Below are positions 1-9,802 of a stretch of 42,361 bases of DNA, in pieces; the first letter of the stretch is position 1, and every line of letters begins with the position of its first letter. Source of the DNA: Clostridiaceae bacterium (GTDB lineage Bacteria; Bacillota; Clostridia; Saccharofermentanales; DTU023). The notes below the pieces were generated by a model that was not told the DNA's origin, ran no database searches, and saw only the letters and a program-made list of their open reading frames with translations. Made by a program: the position numbers and the translations under genes. The stretch covers positions 1 to 42,361 of the forward strand of contig JAAYNE010000017.1 in the NCBI GenBank assembly GCA_012521015.1, read 5' to 3'.

Positions 1-79
1 TCAGAAAATCGGGCCGATTTGCACCCTTTCGTTTATTTAGCGATTTGCTAAAAGGTTTATTCTATCAGCGTTTCAAGGC

Positions 80-124
80 AAAAAAAAGACGACTCAGGAT
101 TGTATCCGTTTTGTCGTCCTTTTA
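80..124 (-). terminator. Intrinsic terminator downstream of tRNA-Val
   Basis: Stem gacgac(88-93)/gtcgtc(113-118) with inner ggat/atcc pairing; A-run at 80-87 gives the U-tract on the minus strand. Confidence 0.7.
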
Positions 125-201
125 TGGTGGGTGGTAGTGGACTTGAACCACCGACCCCCTGCATGTCACGCAGGTACTCTAACCAGCTGAGCTAACCACC
201 C
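125..201 (-). tRNA. tRNA-Val (GAC)
   Basis: Minus strand reads GGGTGGTTAGCTCAGCTGGTTAGAGTACCTGCGT-GAC-ATGCAGGGGGTCGGTGGTTCAAGTCCACTACCACCCACCA: 77 nt, cloverleaf, GTTCAA T-loop, encoded CCA. Confidence 0.97.
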
Positions 202-410
202 TTGTCTATTTTATGTTTTCAAAGCATACCTCAGTTCGTTATTTCCGTCAAGCAAAACCGGAATTCCGGAGTACAATGATATTTTGGTTTTTTTATGTTA
301 TAGTGTGTACAATAATCTATCTGCTACTAACTGCCAGCCTTTCCGCTTACTAATTACCTCAATCCTGAAGGGCTGGCATGTATTATTTTAATAGATACTT
401 GGAGGTTTCA

Positions 411-953
411 ATGAATCCTTGGAATAGTTTACCTAAGGAAAGAATTTTGCCCGATGATTTTCTTGCTGTAATCGAGATCCCAAAAGGCAGCAAACAAAAA
501 TATGAAGTCGATAATCAAACCGGTCTTTTGCGACTTGATCGAATTCTTTATACATCAACTCATTATCCGCAAAATTACGGTTTTATCCCACAGACAACTT
601 CTGACGATGGAGATCCTTTGGACGTTTTGGTTTTATGTTCAGAGAGCTTGACTCCTTTATGTATGGTGCGTTGTTATCCGATCGGTGCAATTAAAATGAC
701 TGACGATAACCATATTGACGAAAAAATCATTGCTGTTCCTTTTGATGATCCGCAGATGAGTTTTTACAAAGACCTGACCGATTTGCCGGATCATGTTTAT
801 AATGAGATTATGCATTTTTTTGAAGTATACAAAGATTTGGAAAATATTAAAACCGACATTCTACAAATTGACGGACGAAAAGTTGCCAATGAAATTATTG
901 CCAGATGTCGTATTGTATATGAAGAATCTCTTCCCGATAAAAATGATAAATAA
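411..953 (+). CDS. ppa: Family I soluble inorganic pyrophosphatase
   Basis: Motifs EIPKGSKQKYE, YPQNYGFIP, DGDPLDV, DEKII, FFEVYK. Start moved to ATG 411, after GGAGG at 401-405. Confidence 0.95.
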   Translation: MNPWNSLPKERILPDDFLAVIEIPKGSKQKYEVDNQTGLLRLDRILYTSTHYPQNYGFIPQTTSDDGDPLDVLVLCSESLTPLCMVRCYPIGAIKMTDDNHIDEKIIAVPFDDPQMSFYKDLTDLPDHVYNEIMHFFEVYKDLENIKTDILQIDGRKVANEIIARCRIVYEESLPDKNDK

Positions 954-1017
954 TAAAAGGTATCGTAAAATTGGTTGTGGTATATGTTAATAAACGGGCT
1001 ACAAAGATTTTTACATT

Positions 1018-1833
1018 TTACATATTATTCAACCTTTTATAGCGATCGATATTTTCTTGTGACAAAAATTCATATGCACTGCTGATTTCTTGGAATTTTT
1101 GCGTAGCATTAGCCGACTTATTAATATCCGGATGATACTCTTTAGCTTTTTTACGATAGGCAAGCTTGACCTGATATTCATCTGTATTATAAGGAATACC
1201 TAGTACATCACAATGTTTACGATATTGCTGACTGAAGTCCGCAGCAGGATTATAAGAACGTCCTTGCCCGTAGCCGCCAGTACCCGGTCCATATCCGCCG
1301 AAAGGCCCGTAAGTACCGGTTCCACCGGTAAATCCTCCAAAGAATTGTTCGAAGATTCTTGCCCATTGTTCTTGTTGTTGCTGTCTTCTTTTTTCACGTG
1401 CTGCTGCTTCTTCTGCATATTTTTTTCTACGTTCCGCTTCTTCTCGTGCAGCTTTTTGTTTTTTATATTTATCACTATAAGAACCGAAAATTTGACCTTT
1501 AGAAGTTCCTTTAATCAAATCTTCCGATTTGTCATATAAAAATTCACAGAGAACATATTTCCAATATTCAAGAAAAGATACAAAACCGGAACCCAAAAAA
1601 GGGAAAATGAATATTGTCAGTAAGGGTATCCATAACCAAATCGGTATTAAGCGAAATAAAAACGGACTGAAAAATAATACTCCGATGGCAATTGGAGCAA
1701 GAACATTTCTTATACGTTTTGTAACGTTTACTAAAAAGGAAATACCTTTATTTAAACCACCTAAAATCACATCAAAAAACTTGGCGATTCCAAAAATAAC
1801 ATATCCCCATATTTTGCTAAAAAATCTTTTCAT
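1018..1833 (-). CDS. Membrane-anchored protein with C-terminal DnaJ (J) domain
   Basis: N-terminal hydrophobic segments, coiled coil, Gly-rich linker, then J domain (VLGI...AYRKKAKEYHPD...FQEISSAYEFL). Confidence 0.88.
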   Translation of the reverse strand: MKRFFSKIWGYVIFGIAKFFDVILGGLNKGISFLVNVTKRIRNVLAPIAIGVLFFSPFLFRLIPIWLWIPLLTIFIFPFLGSGFVSFLEYWKYVLCEFLYDKSEDLIKGTSKGQIFGSYSDKYKKQKAAREEAERRKKYAEEAAAREKRRQQQQEQWARIFEQFFGGFTGGTGTYGPFGGYGPGTGGYGQGRSYNPAADFSQQYRKHCDVLGIPYNTDEYQVKLAYRKKAKEYHPDINKSANATQKFQEISSAYEFLSQENIDRYKRLNNM

Positions 1834-1923
1834 TATTTTTTATAAAAATTCTAAATCTCACTATAATCTTGTTTCGATTTTATTTAATTTTACTTCAACT
1901 CTACCGTATTTATATATTTGAGT

Positions 1924-2173
1924 TTATCTTAAATCTATCTTAATAATTTTTATATAAAATCTATTATAGCTGATTTTTTTATTATATTCGATTACATGAT
2001 CTTCCATCATATAGGAAAGTGCAAAATCACTTGCTTCTTGAATTTTTAATGTGATGTTTTTCACAATATTCGTGAACTTACTTAAAAGTAAGACCTACGA
2101 CATTTTAGTTTAAGTTATAAAGTTTAACATTTCCTACTAATAAATCCGCCAAATAAGTATCTAATTTTTTCAC
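1924..2173 (-). pseudogene. Possible decayed gene remnant
   Basis: AGGAG RBS (2180-2184) plus GTG gives MKKIRYLFGGFISRKC*, followed by a separate open stretch (KNITLKIQEASDFALSYMMEDHVIEYN...) ending TAA at 1924. Confidence 0.3.
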
Positions 2174-2385
2174 AATAATCTCCTGTTATGTACAATTAAT
2201 CTGCTAACACTTGATATGTAATCTTTTGTTGATTATGTTTAGCTCACAGCTTGATTTTTTCTTTGTAAAACATAAATGATATATGTTAATTAAACTAATT
2301 ATAGGCAAACGTTCTTATACTATAGATGGAAAATAATTAAGCAAATATTAATAATAAAAAGAAGGATTAAATTATAATTTTTTAA

Positions 2386-3225
2386 ATGATTAACAAAGAT
2401 AAGAATCATTTTCAACCGGATAATAAACGAAAAGACAAACAAACTGATAATCTAAATTTATCATTTGATTCTGTCAATCATGATATTGTAAACGAAAAGA
2501 ATAATGCAGACAATCTTGCAGGTTTCTCGGGGAAAGAGATTTCAGATAATTTACATAATTCTGAATATATTCATGATTTTTTTGAAAATTATGAAAGTTT
2601 TACAGAAATGTATTCTAATTTATATAGTAAAGGCAAATCAAATAAATCATATAATCCACATTTAACTCCGGATGAATCATTCCATTTTCAAAAACCGGGA
2701 TGGCGAATCCTCAAAACCACTATTGCAGTTTTTATTTGTCTGATAATTTCACTAATTGATATCGGCGACAATTCCGGGGTATTTCATGCACTTCACGCCT
2801 GTATTGCTGCAATAATCACATTGAAATCTAATTTGAAACATACTTGGAAAGTAGGTTTATACCGAGTAGGCTCAACTGCTTTCGGTGCTTTGATGGGATT
2901 GGCAACAATTCAAATCAGGATTAGTTTTAATCTTGCCAACCATTCGATACAATATTATTTAATTATTACATGCCTTTTATTCTTAACTATTTGGATTACC
3001 GTTTTGATTAAAGCTACAGAAATGACCGCGCTCGCAGCTGTAGTTTTCATGTTGATTGCCCTAAGCCAATCTTCAAATCAAACAACTGATCCGCGAGAAT
3101 ATGCTCTTATCATGGCTATCTATCGTTTCTTGTATACAATCATCGGAATTTTGGTGGCATATCTGGTCAACTGGGCTTTGCCGCCTTATTCTCGAAAAAA
3201 ATCTGAAATGGATATGACAAAATAA
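2386..3225 (+). CDS. FUSC / aromatic acid exporter (YgaE-like) family membrane protein
   Basis: GWRILKTTIAV...ACIAAIITL...RVGSTAFGA...RFLYTIIGILVAYLVN pattern, about 5-6 TM helices; long polar N-terminus, start uncertain. Confidence 0.8.
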   Translation: MINKDKNHFQPDNKRKDKQTDNLNLSFDSVNHDIVNEKNNADNLAGFSGKEISDNLHNSEYIHDFFENYESFTEMYSNLYSKGKSNKSYNPHLTPDESFHFQKPGWRILKTTIAVFICLIISLIDIGDNSGVFHALHACIAAIITLKSNLKHTWKVGLYRVGSTAFGALMGLATIQIRISFNLANHSIQYYLIITCLLFLTIWITVLIKATEMTALAAVVFMLIALSQSSNQTTDPREYALIMAIYRFLYTIIGILVAYLVNWALPPYSRKKSEMDMTK

Positions 3226-3246
3226 TTGCACTTCACCTTTAGTTTT

Positions 3247-4488
3247 CTAACTGTCTTCACCTCGCAAAATCATTTTCAGCGTTTTGCCGAATTTCATTCT
3301 ATTGCCATAGTTGAGTGAACCTAAACGGTAAATCCGAATTGCAAGGAACGAAAATATTGCAATACTGGCTAACATAATCGCCGCACTGATCATAATTTCA
3401 ACCGGAGAAATATTCAGCAAAATTGTTCTTACCGGCATCGTCAGAACCGAAGTTAAAGGAAAATATGATGCCACTTTTAACAGAAGACTATGTGGATTCC
3501 CCATCCCATAAATAGCAATTAAGTATGCTGCAATAAAAATCAGCATCACCGGAGTAACCGCATAGTTGACATCTTCCATTTTGGAAACCAATGCTCCCAG
3601 GGCTGCGTAAATAAATAAGTATGAAATGTAGCCGGTCAGACCGAATAAAACCATGGTAATAATCGTTGTTGCATTCAATTCAATAAAACCACCAATCAGA
3701 TCTATAATATCCTGTCCACTGAATTTAAGCGAAAGTAACAAGGTTACAATCAAGGCTAAAATTTGAAGCATTCCAGCTAAACCGGCAGCCAAAGTTTTGC
3801 CAATGATCAAATAATCCGCTTTTGTATTTGCAATCAACAATTCCATTGTCCGATTATCTTTTTCTCTGGCTACAGAAGATGATACTGTCGTACCATATAG
3901 GATTATCAGCATATATAAAAGAACTGTATAAATCATGGCAAAAACGAAGTTCCCAATGCCTTTCTGTGAAATATCAATATTGGTTGCATTGACTTGCACA
4001 TTATATATTCCGGTAATCAATTCCGGATCAATATTATTTGCTTCAAAGTAATTCGTTCTATTGAAATTCAATAATTGTTGCTCAATAAAAGCACCGGCAA
4101 TTGGATTTTGTTCACCGTTTACCATGAATGCAAAATCACTTGTAGAATAAAAGACAACACCGAAAAGAATTTCATCATTTGACAGGGCTGTTTTCAGGGA
4201 ATCTTCATCTGCAAATTCTTGCTTGATGTTTTTTAATAACGAAAAATCTTTTAATTCGTCGGTTGCTGTATAATAGCCACCATCAGACAAAATATCATTG
4301 ACATCTTCATCTGTAAAAAGAACATCACTGTCTGTGTCTTCTGACAATTCCTCTTTATTTACAAGAAAACTTAGAATTATCACCGCAGCAATAACTATCA
4401 AACATAGAACAATTGTTGTAGCCAGATAAGATTTTTTTCTTAGAATAGATTTAAATTCAAAACTGAAAACCAGACCGCTATTTCGCAT
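3247..4488 (-). CDS. ABC-2 type exporter permease (NatB/YhaP-like)
   Basis: One TM, extracellular loop, then several TMs; VAREKDNRTMELL and GKTLA motifs. AGGAG RBS (4496-4500) supports ATG 4488. Confidence 0.9.
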   Translation of the reverse strand: MRNSGLVFSFEFKSILRKKSYLATTIVLCLIVIAAVIILSFLVNKEELSEDTDSDVLFTDEDVNDILSDGGYYTATDELKDFSLLKNIKQEFADEDSLKTALSNDEILFGVVFYSTSDFAFMVNGEQNPIAGAFIEQQLLNFNRTNYFEANNIDPELITGIYNVQVNATNIDISQKGIGNFVFAMIYTVLLYMLIILYGTTVSSSVAREKDNRTMELLIANTKADYLIIGKTLAAGLAGMLQILALIVTLLLSLKFSGQDIIDLIGGFIELNATTIITMVLFGLTGYISYLFIYAALGALVSKMEDVNYAVTPVMLIFIAAYLIAIYGMGNPHSLLLKVASYFPLTSVLTMPVRTILLNISPVEIMISAAIMLASIAIFSFLAIRIYRLGSLNYGNRMKFGKTLKMILRGEDS

Positions 4489-4580
4489 TTTAGTTCTCCT
4501 TCTTTTTAGTAACATGGAAGAAAATTTTTAAACAAGATATTCCTTCTAGGTTTCGCATTTTAGTTCTCTTCCTAGAAGGA
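4481..4580. repeat. 18-bp direct repeat of the permease start region, second copy enclosed in a 10-bp inverted repeat
   Basis: tttcgcattttagttctc at 4481-4498 and 4551-4568; tccttctagg (4541-4550) / cctagaagga (4571-4580). Confidence 0.9.
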
Positions 4581-5555
4581 AACATCTCGGGCTTTTTCAG
4601 CATCTTGTTCATTTATTCCATTAGTTAATAAATCATGCTCTTTAACATAGTGTAAAAAAACATCGGTCAGAGTTGGCAAATATACTGAAAAATTTTTTAT
4701 TTGAACATCTGCTGCGATGACTTTTTGCAAGAAATTATTAGGGGCAATATTACTCAAATTGATAATTAAAGATATTTTATCTTCATTCGCCAGCAAATTC
4801 TGTTCTAAATTTAAATCAGATTCAATTTGCTTGAGCTCTTGCTCTAATTGTTCACGATTTAGGTTTGCCGCTTCTAAACGATATTTATCTTGACTCATTT
4901 CAGCTTTGACATCGGCTAATGAGCCATTGATTAAAATGTCCCCCTTATCAATCAATGTTATATCATCACAAAATTCTTCAACATATCCCATCTGATGCGA
5001 AGAAAAAATCACCAATTTGTTTTTCTTAATAGCATCTCTGATCGCATCTTTAAACAGTTCCGCATTTACCGGATCCAATCCGCTAAAAGGTTCATCCAAG
5101 ATAATCATTTCCGGATCATTAAGAAAAGCCTGAATTATCTGAATCTTTTGCTGATTACCCTTGGATAAAACTTCCAATTTTTTATTGGCATATTCTGACA
5201 ATTCAAAACGTTCAAGCCATTCTTCGGCTGACTTCTTGCTCTCTGCTTTACTGCCACCTCTGAGTTGGCCAAAATAAATCAATTGTTCAAGAATCGGCTC
5301 TTTGGAGTACATGCCTCTTTCTTCCGGCAAATAACCCACTTTCAGTTCACGCGGTTTGAAAGGTTGATCATCTAATAAAATTTCACCGCTATCCGGTTTG
5401 AAAATATCCATAATGCAACGAATTGATGTTGTTTTGCCCGAGCCATTGCGACCTAAAAAACCCATCGCTCGTCCTGAATCAACTTCAAAAGAAACATCAT
5501 GTAAAACATGAAGCTTGCCAAATGATTTATTAATATTATTTAATTTTAATTTCAT
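4572..5555 (-). CDS. ABC transporter ATP-binding protein (NatA/YhaQ-like)
   Basis: Walker A GRNGSGKT, signature LSKGNQQK, Walker B IILDEPFSGLD, SSH switch. Confidence 0.95.
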   Translation of the reverse strand: MKLKLNNINKSFGKLHVLHDVSFEVDSGRAMGFLGRNGSGKTTSIRCIMDIFKPDSGEILLDDQPFKPRELKVGYLPEERGMYSKEPILEQLIYFGQLRGGSKAESKKSAEEWLERFELSEYANKKLEVLSKGNQQKIQIIQAFLNDPEMIILDEPFSGLDPVNAELFKDAIRDAIKKNKLVIFSSHQMGYVEEFCDDITLIDKGDILINGSLADVKAEMSQDKYRLEAANLNREQLEQELKQIESDLNLEQNLLANEDKISLIINLSNIAPNNFLQKVIAADVQIKNFSVYLPTLTDVFLHYVKEHDLLTNGINEQDAEKARDVSF

Positions 5556-5760
5556 ATTATTCTTTCTTGTATTTAGAATGTAAAATTATTCTTTCTTGAT
5601 AGATATGTTACTTCCTTTAACTTATCAAAGCTGAACATAATCTTTCAACTATTTTATTAAATATTCGGTTATTTTTGCATCTTATTATATTTTACATAAT
5701 GTATTTATAATGTATTATGCTACGCATTGAGTATCAAATCATAAAATTTGTGTAAATTGT

Positions 5761-6654
5761 TTACTGATCAAAGATTGCCAATACAATAATTCCGGTAATT
5801 GCCAAACCGATCGAAGTATAATGTTTCCAAGACAATTTTTCTTTCAGAAAAATTCTGCCCCAGATTACAGTCAACAAACAATAACAAGAAATGATCGGAG
5901 CTGCTGCAATCGGATTTGCACCAATCGCATAAATATAGGCAACCTGACCCCCGGTTTCAAAAATTGAAGCAATTATTTTCGGCCTGTCGGATTTTGTCAG
6001 CTTAAATTCACCACGTACTAAAAGCACGATAAATACAATTAAACCGATAATAAAAAAAGTAAATTCATAAGCGACATTAGCTTGAGCTTCATCCAAAGTT
6101 TCTAAAATCAAACTATCAGCAAAAGTTCCTCCGGCATCAATCAAACTGTAGACAATCGGCAAAGCAATTGCCAACAAACTCTTATGATATTTCATATTCG
6201 AAGCCTTTTGGCGTTCCGCTCTAGCTACTTCGTCTTCCTTATATTCGGCAATTCCTAGTCCGATGATACCTATTAAAGTAAAGCCTACTCCGACTAAAAT
6301 TGCTACTTCTGGTCTAATTCCCATCAACATAAAAAACACAACTACTAAAGCACCCGATGTATTACAGATCGGTGAAGAAATCGATAATTCAATATATCTT
6401 AAGCCGAAATAACCAATCGCCATTGAAATAATATATAAAGCGGAAATCGGCAAATATGCCCAAATAACCTGCCAGGAAAAAATAACATCATTAAAAATCA
6501 CCTCATATCCGGCATGCAGACCCATAATCAGTCCGACAGCCATCACCATTTTTAAAGGAGAATTTTTTTCTGATCTATCTTGACAGCCCCGTTTAGAAAA
6601 TAAATCTGAACCGCTCCACAAGAAAAGAGCTAATAATGATAAAACTAACCACAT
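5761..6654 (-). CDS. EamA/DMT superfamily transporter
   Basis: About 10 TM helices in two repeats; C-terminal IFLKEKL motif. Confidence 0.85.
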   Translation of the reverse strand: MWLVLSLLALFLWSGSDLFSKRGCQDRSEKNSPLKMVMAVGLIMGLHAGYEVIFNDVIFSWQVIWAYLPISALYIISMAIGYFGLRYIELSISSPICNTSGALVVVFFMLMGIRPEVAILVGVGFTLIGIIGLGIAEYKEDEVARAERQKASNMKYHKSLLAIALPIVYSLIDAGGTFADSLILETLDEAQANVAYEFTFFIIGLIVFIVLLVRGEFKLTKSDRPKIIASIFETGGQVAYIYAIGANPIAAAPIISCYCLLTVIWGRIFLKEKLSWKHYTSIGLAITGIIVLAIFDQ

Positions 6655-6883
6655 TTAAACAACCAACTTCTTTTAAATAACCAACCGCAATCAGTATACT
6701 GTTGAAAATGTCACATTTGCAACGTTTTTCTATTCCGCATATTATATATAATAAATTTAACATAGTAGTAAAAGTTGTACGAGAATAACACTTTTCAAAA
6801 TAAATTTATTCTTCGAATATAGTATTTGAAATCATTTCAGATATTAGCGATAAATAAACAAAGAAAAACAAAGGAGCTATGAC

Positions 6884-7135
6884 ATGAGTGATCAAATTAT
6901 TAATAAAGACATGTTAATCGGTGATATTTTAAGAATAGATATTAGATTGGCACCTGTATTTATGAGTATGGGGATGCATTGTCTGGGATGTCCCGCCTCA
7001 CAATTTGAATCAGTAGAACAAGCCTGTGCCGTACATGGCCAAGATGTTGACTTCATCGTTGAAACATTAAGAACCAATTATAAAAAATTTCAAGAATTAG
7101 ACAAAGCAAAAGCTGAACAAGCTGAAACTGAATAA
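6884..7135 (+). CDS. DUF1858 small redox (CxxC) protein
   Basis: [11 protein letters not shown]...[23 protein letters not shown]; AAGGAG RBS. Confidence 0.88.
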   Translation: MSDQIINKDMLIGDILRIDIRLAPVFMSMGMHCLGCPASQFESVEQACAVHGQDVDFIVETLRTNYKKFQELDKAKAEQAETE

Positions 7136-7268
7136 AATTACTAAAACTTGATAAAACTACAACCAAAAAACATCCAAAAAGTTCAGGCTGAACATTTATG
7201 AGAAAATTGGGACGCCGATGACAACAAAACGCTTTTGCCAATTATTTTTTGCGTAAGTTACTGCGTTT

Positions 7269-8672
7269 TCATTTCAATGATTCTTTCAATTCTGTCAAAC
7301 TGAGGTTTCGTTGTTTGGCAATTGTGGCAAGATCATCATATTCCAGTTTTTCTCTGATTACACCGTAACCTTGAGCAATCTTGTTTCTAATATTACCATA
7401 TGGTGTTTCTAAAGTTTCAAATGACCGGTCTAGCACATAGCGATTACATATATTTTCGCGAATGCCGATAGTTGATGTATGCTTAAACAATAATTTGATA
7501 AGCTCATCTTTTGATTCTTGATTGCAAATTAATGAGATTAAAGTGCCGGGGCGAGATTTTTTCATACCTAGCGGAATTGTATAAACATCCAAAGCACCTG
7601 CCGAGAAAAAGCATTCTATTGCAAAAGAAATTTCTTCAGCCGTCATATCGTCGATATTGCAACTTAAAACATAGACTGAATCAGTCGGATCGTTTCTTGT
7701 TGCAAAACCGACATCACTTTCGGAATCTGCTAAAAGAATTCTGAGGCTATTCATCACAGCAAAATCTCTTTTACCATGGCCGTACCCGACTTTTTTGATT
7801 TTTAAAACCGGCATATTTTCAAAACTATCTACAAAATATTTTAGTAAAGCTGCACCGGTCGGTGTGCACAATTCACCTTTGATCTCTCCACCATAAATTG
7901 GTATATCTCGTAGAATATTGGCAGTTGCCGGTGCCGGCACGGGCAAAATTCCATGATCACAATACACCGAGCCGCTTCCGACATGGATTGGAGACGCAAT
8001 AATTTTGTCAATCTTAAGTATTCTGAGCAAAATACAAACTGCGGTAATATCAACAATTGCATCCATAGTTCCCACTTCATGGAAATGAATATCAGTTACA
8101 GGAACACCATGCGATTCACTCTCAGCTTGCGCAATAATTTTGTAAATATTAATTATGTCGTTCTTTATATCATGACTCAGATTAAAATCTGAAATAATAT
8201 TTTCTACTTCTTGCATACTGCGATGAACATGATGATGTTTGTGGTTATGGTTATGGTTATGGCTATGACCATCGTTATGTTCGTTATCATTTCCATAGTA
8301 ATGTCCGTGCTCGCCTCTATGGTTATGGTTATAATGATCGTGAGAATGTCTGTGTTTGTGATCATGATGGCAATGTTCATGGTCATGATGATGGTGGTAG
8401 CAGTAATGGTCGTGATTATGATGTTTAATGTTATTTACATGATCTTTTTCATGGTCACCTTCAATTTCATCATTAACTTTCACAATAAAATCGATCCCGT
8501 TAATTCCACATTTTGAAGTAACTTCCGGAATTATTTCAACACCGGACAAATTTAGACCATTGAATATGTCAAGGAATTCTTGTTTCTGTTCGTCTTCAAG
8601 CAAATCATATAAAGCTCCGGCAAACATATCTCCGGCAGCACCCATACCACAATCAATGTATAAAATACGCAT
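7269..8672 (-). CDS. larC: Nickel-pincer cofactor nickel insertase LarC with long His-rich tract
   Basis: YIDCGMGAAGDM, HFHEVGTMDAIVD, HGILPVPAPAT, ELCTPTGAA, NIDDMTAE, MKKSRPG, TSTIGIR. Single continuous ORF. Confidence 0.95.
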   Translation of the reverse strand: MRILYIDCGMGAAGDMFAGALYDLLEDEQKQEFLDIFNGLNLSGVEIIPEVTSKCGINGIDFIVKVNDEIEGDHEKDHVNNIKHHNHDHYCYHHHHDHEHCHHDHKHRHSHDHYNHNHRGEHGHYYGNDNEHNDGHSHNHNHNHKHHHVHRSMQEVENIISDFNLSHDIKNDIINIYKIIAQAESESHGVPVTDIHFHEVGTMDAIVDITAVCILLRILKIDKIIASPIHVGSGSVYCDHGILPVPAPATANILRDIPIYGGEIKGELCTPTGAALLKYFVDSFENMPVLKIKKVGYGHGKRDFAVMNSLRILLADSESDVGFATRNDPTDSVYVLSCNIDDMTAEEISFAIECFFSAGALDVYTIPLGMKKSRPGTLISLICNQESKDELIKLLFKHTSTIGIRENICNRYVLDRSFETLETPYGNIRNKIAQGYGVIREKLEYDDLATIAKQRNLSLTELKESLK

Positions 8673-8780
8673 ATTATCTTCCTCTGTTTTCCTTTATCGT
8701 TTTTATTTGTCTTTTTTATTTAAATCTGAAACTATTGGACATGAGTTTATCGGAAAAATATTCAAATAATTAGCAAAACT

Positions 8781-8895
8781 GTCATGACTTTTGAAACTGT
8801 TTGAGGGCATAAGCCCAGGTTTGCAAAAGTAGCCAAGCGAGCACTTCGTTTTTATGCTTTTATCAGTCATGAATCTGAAACAGGTTTCAGATTCA
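8781..8895. repeat. Perfect hairpin plus imperfect direct repeat between larB and larC
   Basis: tgaatctgaaac-ag-gtttcagattca (8870-8895); gtcatga...tgaaac..gttt at both 8781 and 8866. Confidence 0.6.
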
Positions 8896-8918
8896 AAATG
8901 ATAAAAACTATATTGACT

Positions 8919-9680
8919 TTATTTTCCCATATGATTAATCATATTTGCAAGATACCCGGCACCAAATCCATTGTCGATATTTACAACAGAAACACCGCTT
9001 GAACAAGAATTCAGCATCGATAATAATGCGCTCAAACCGGAAAAAGACGCTCCGTACCCGACACTGGTCGGAACTGCTATTACCGGACAAGCAACCAAAC
9101 CACCAATTACTGAAGCTAAAGCACCTTCCATTCCTGCAACAGTAATAATCACACTTGCGCTCATGATTTCATCTAAATGTGAAAGCAAGCGGTGTAAGCC
9201 GGCAACTCCGACATCGTAAAGCCGAATTACATTATTGCCGTAGAACTCGGCGGTTAAGGCTGCTTCTTCGGCAATCGGAATATCACTGGTGCCACCTGTG
9301 GCAACGACAATATTTCCGATACCGGGAGATTTGTCGGTAGTCTTTTTTAAATCTCTTACAATTCCCACTTGAGCCTCAGAATAGTATTCCAAATTATAAT
9401 TTCTGCTGACAATTTCAGCAGATTCCTGCTTAAGTCTGGTAATCAAAATCGAATTCTGATCATGATCAAGCATCGTTGCAATTATTCCACAGATTTGTTC
9501 CGGAGTTTTGCCGGAGCCGAAGATAACCTCTGCCACTCCCTGACGTACACTACGATGTAAATCAACTTTTGCATATCCGATATCGACAAAAGGTTCTTTT
9601 TTTATTTGCATCAAAGCTTCTTCGACCGATAATTCTCGGTTTTTAACTGCATTCAAAATATCTATTACATCCTGATTCAT
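8919..9680 (-). CDS. larB: Nickel-pincer cofactor biosynthesis NaAD carboxylase/hydrolase LarB
   Basis: DLHRSVRQGVAEVIFGSGKT, GTSDIPIAEEA, DVGVAGLHRL, AGMEGAL, PTSVGYG, VVNIDNGFGA. GGAGG supports ATG 9680. Confidence 0.96.
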   Translation of the reverse strand: MNQDVIDILNAVKNRELSVEEALMQIKKEPFVDIGYAKVDLHRSVRQGVAEVIFGSGKTPEQICGIIATMLDHDQNSILITRLKQESAEIVSRNYNLEYYSEAQVGIVRDLKKTTDKSPGIGNIVVATGGTSDIPIAEEAALTAEFYGNNVIRLYDVGVAGLHRLLSHLDEIMSASVIITVAGMEGALASVIGGLVACPVIAVPTSVGYGASFSGLSALLSMLNSCSSGVSVVNIDNGFGAGYLANMINHMGK

Positions 9681-9802
9681 TGATTTTCCTCCGATATACA
9701 ATGTTCGCCTAAACGATTACAGAATTACATATGTAAATCTGAAAAGTACATTAGCATAATAATTTAACAATTCAGATGTTTCCAATAATTATAGGATACA
9801 TA

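Noticed and set aside
1-124. Possible att site or element end at the tRNA-Val 3' end
   Set aside because: No integrase and no duplicate of the tRNA 3' end within the window; only a terminator can be supported.
160-175. Purine (G) at tRNA position 32 opposite U38
   Set aside because: Uncommon but compatible with a normal GNN-anticodon tRNA; no evidence of recoding.
793-1921. Short alternative-frame ORFs (793+, 1200-, 1213+, 1529+) and similar ones throughout the track
   Set aside because: Shadows of well-supported genes, with no RBS or motifs.
8204-8516. Met/Val-rich and Ile/Thr-rich ORFs
   Set aside because: Other-frame and antisense readings of the larC His-codon repeats.
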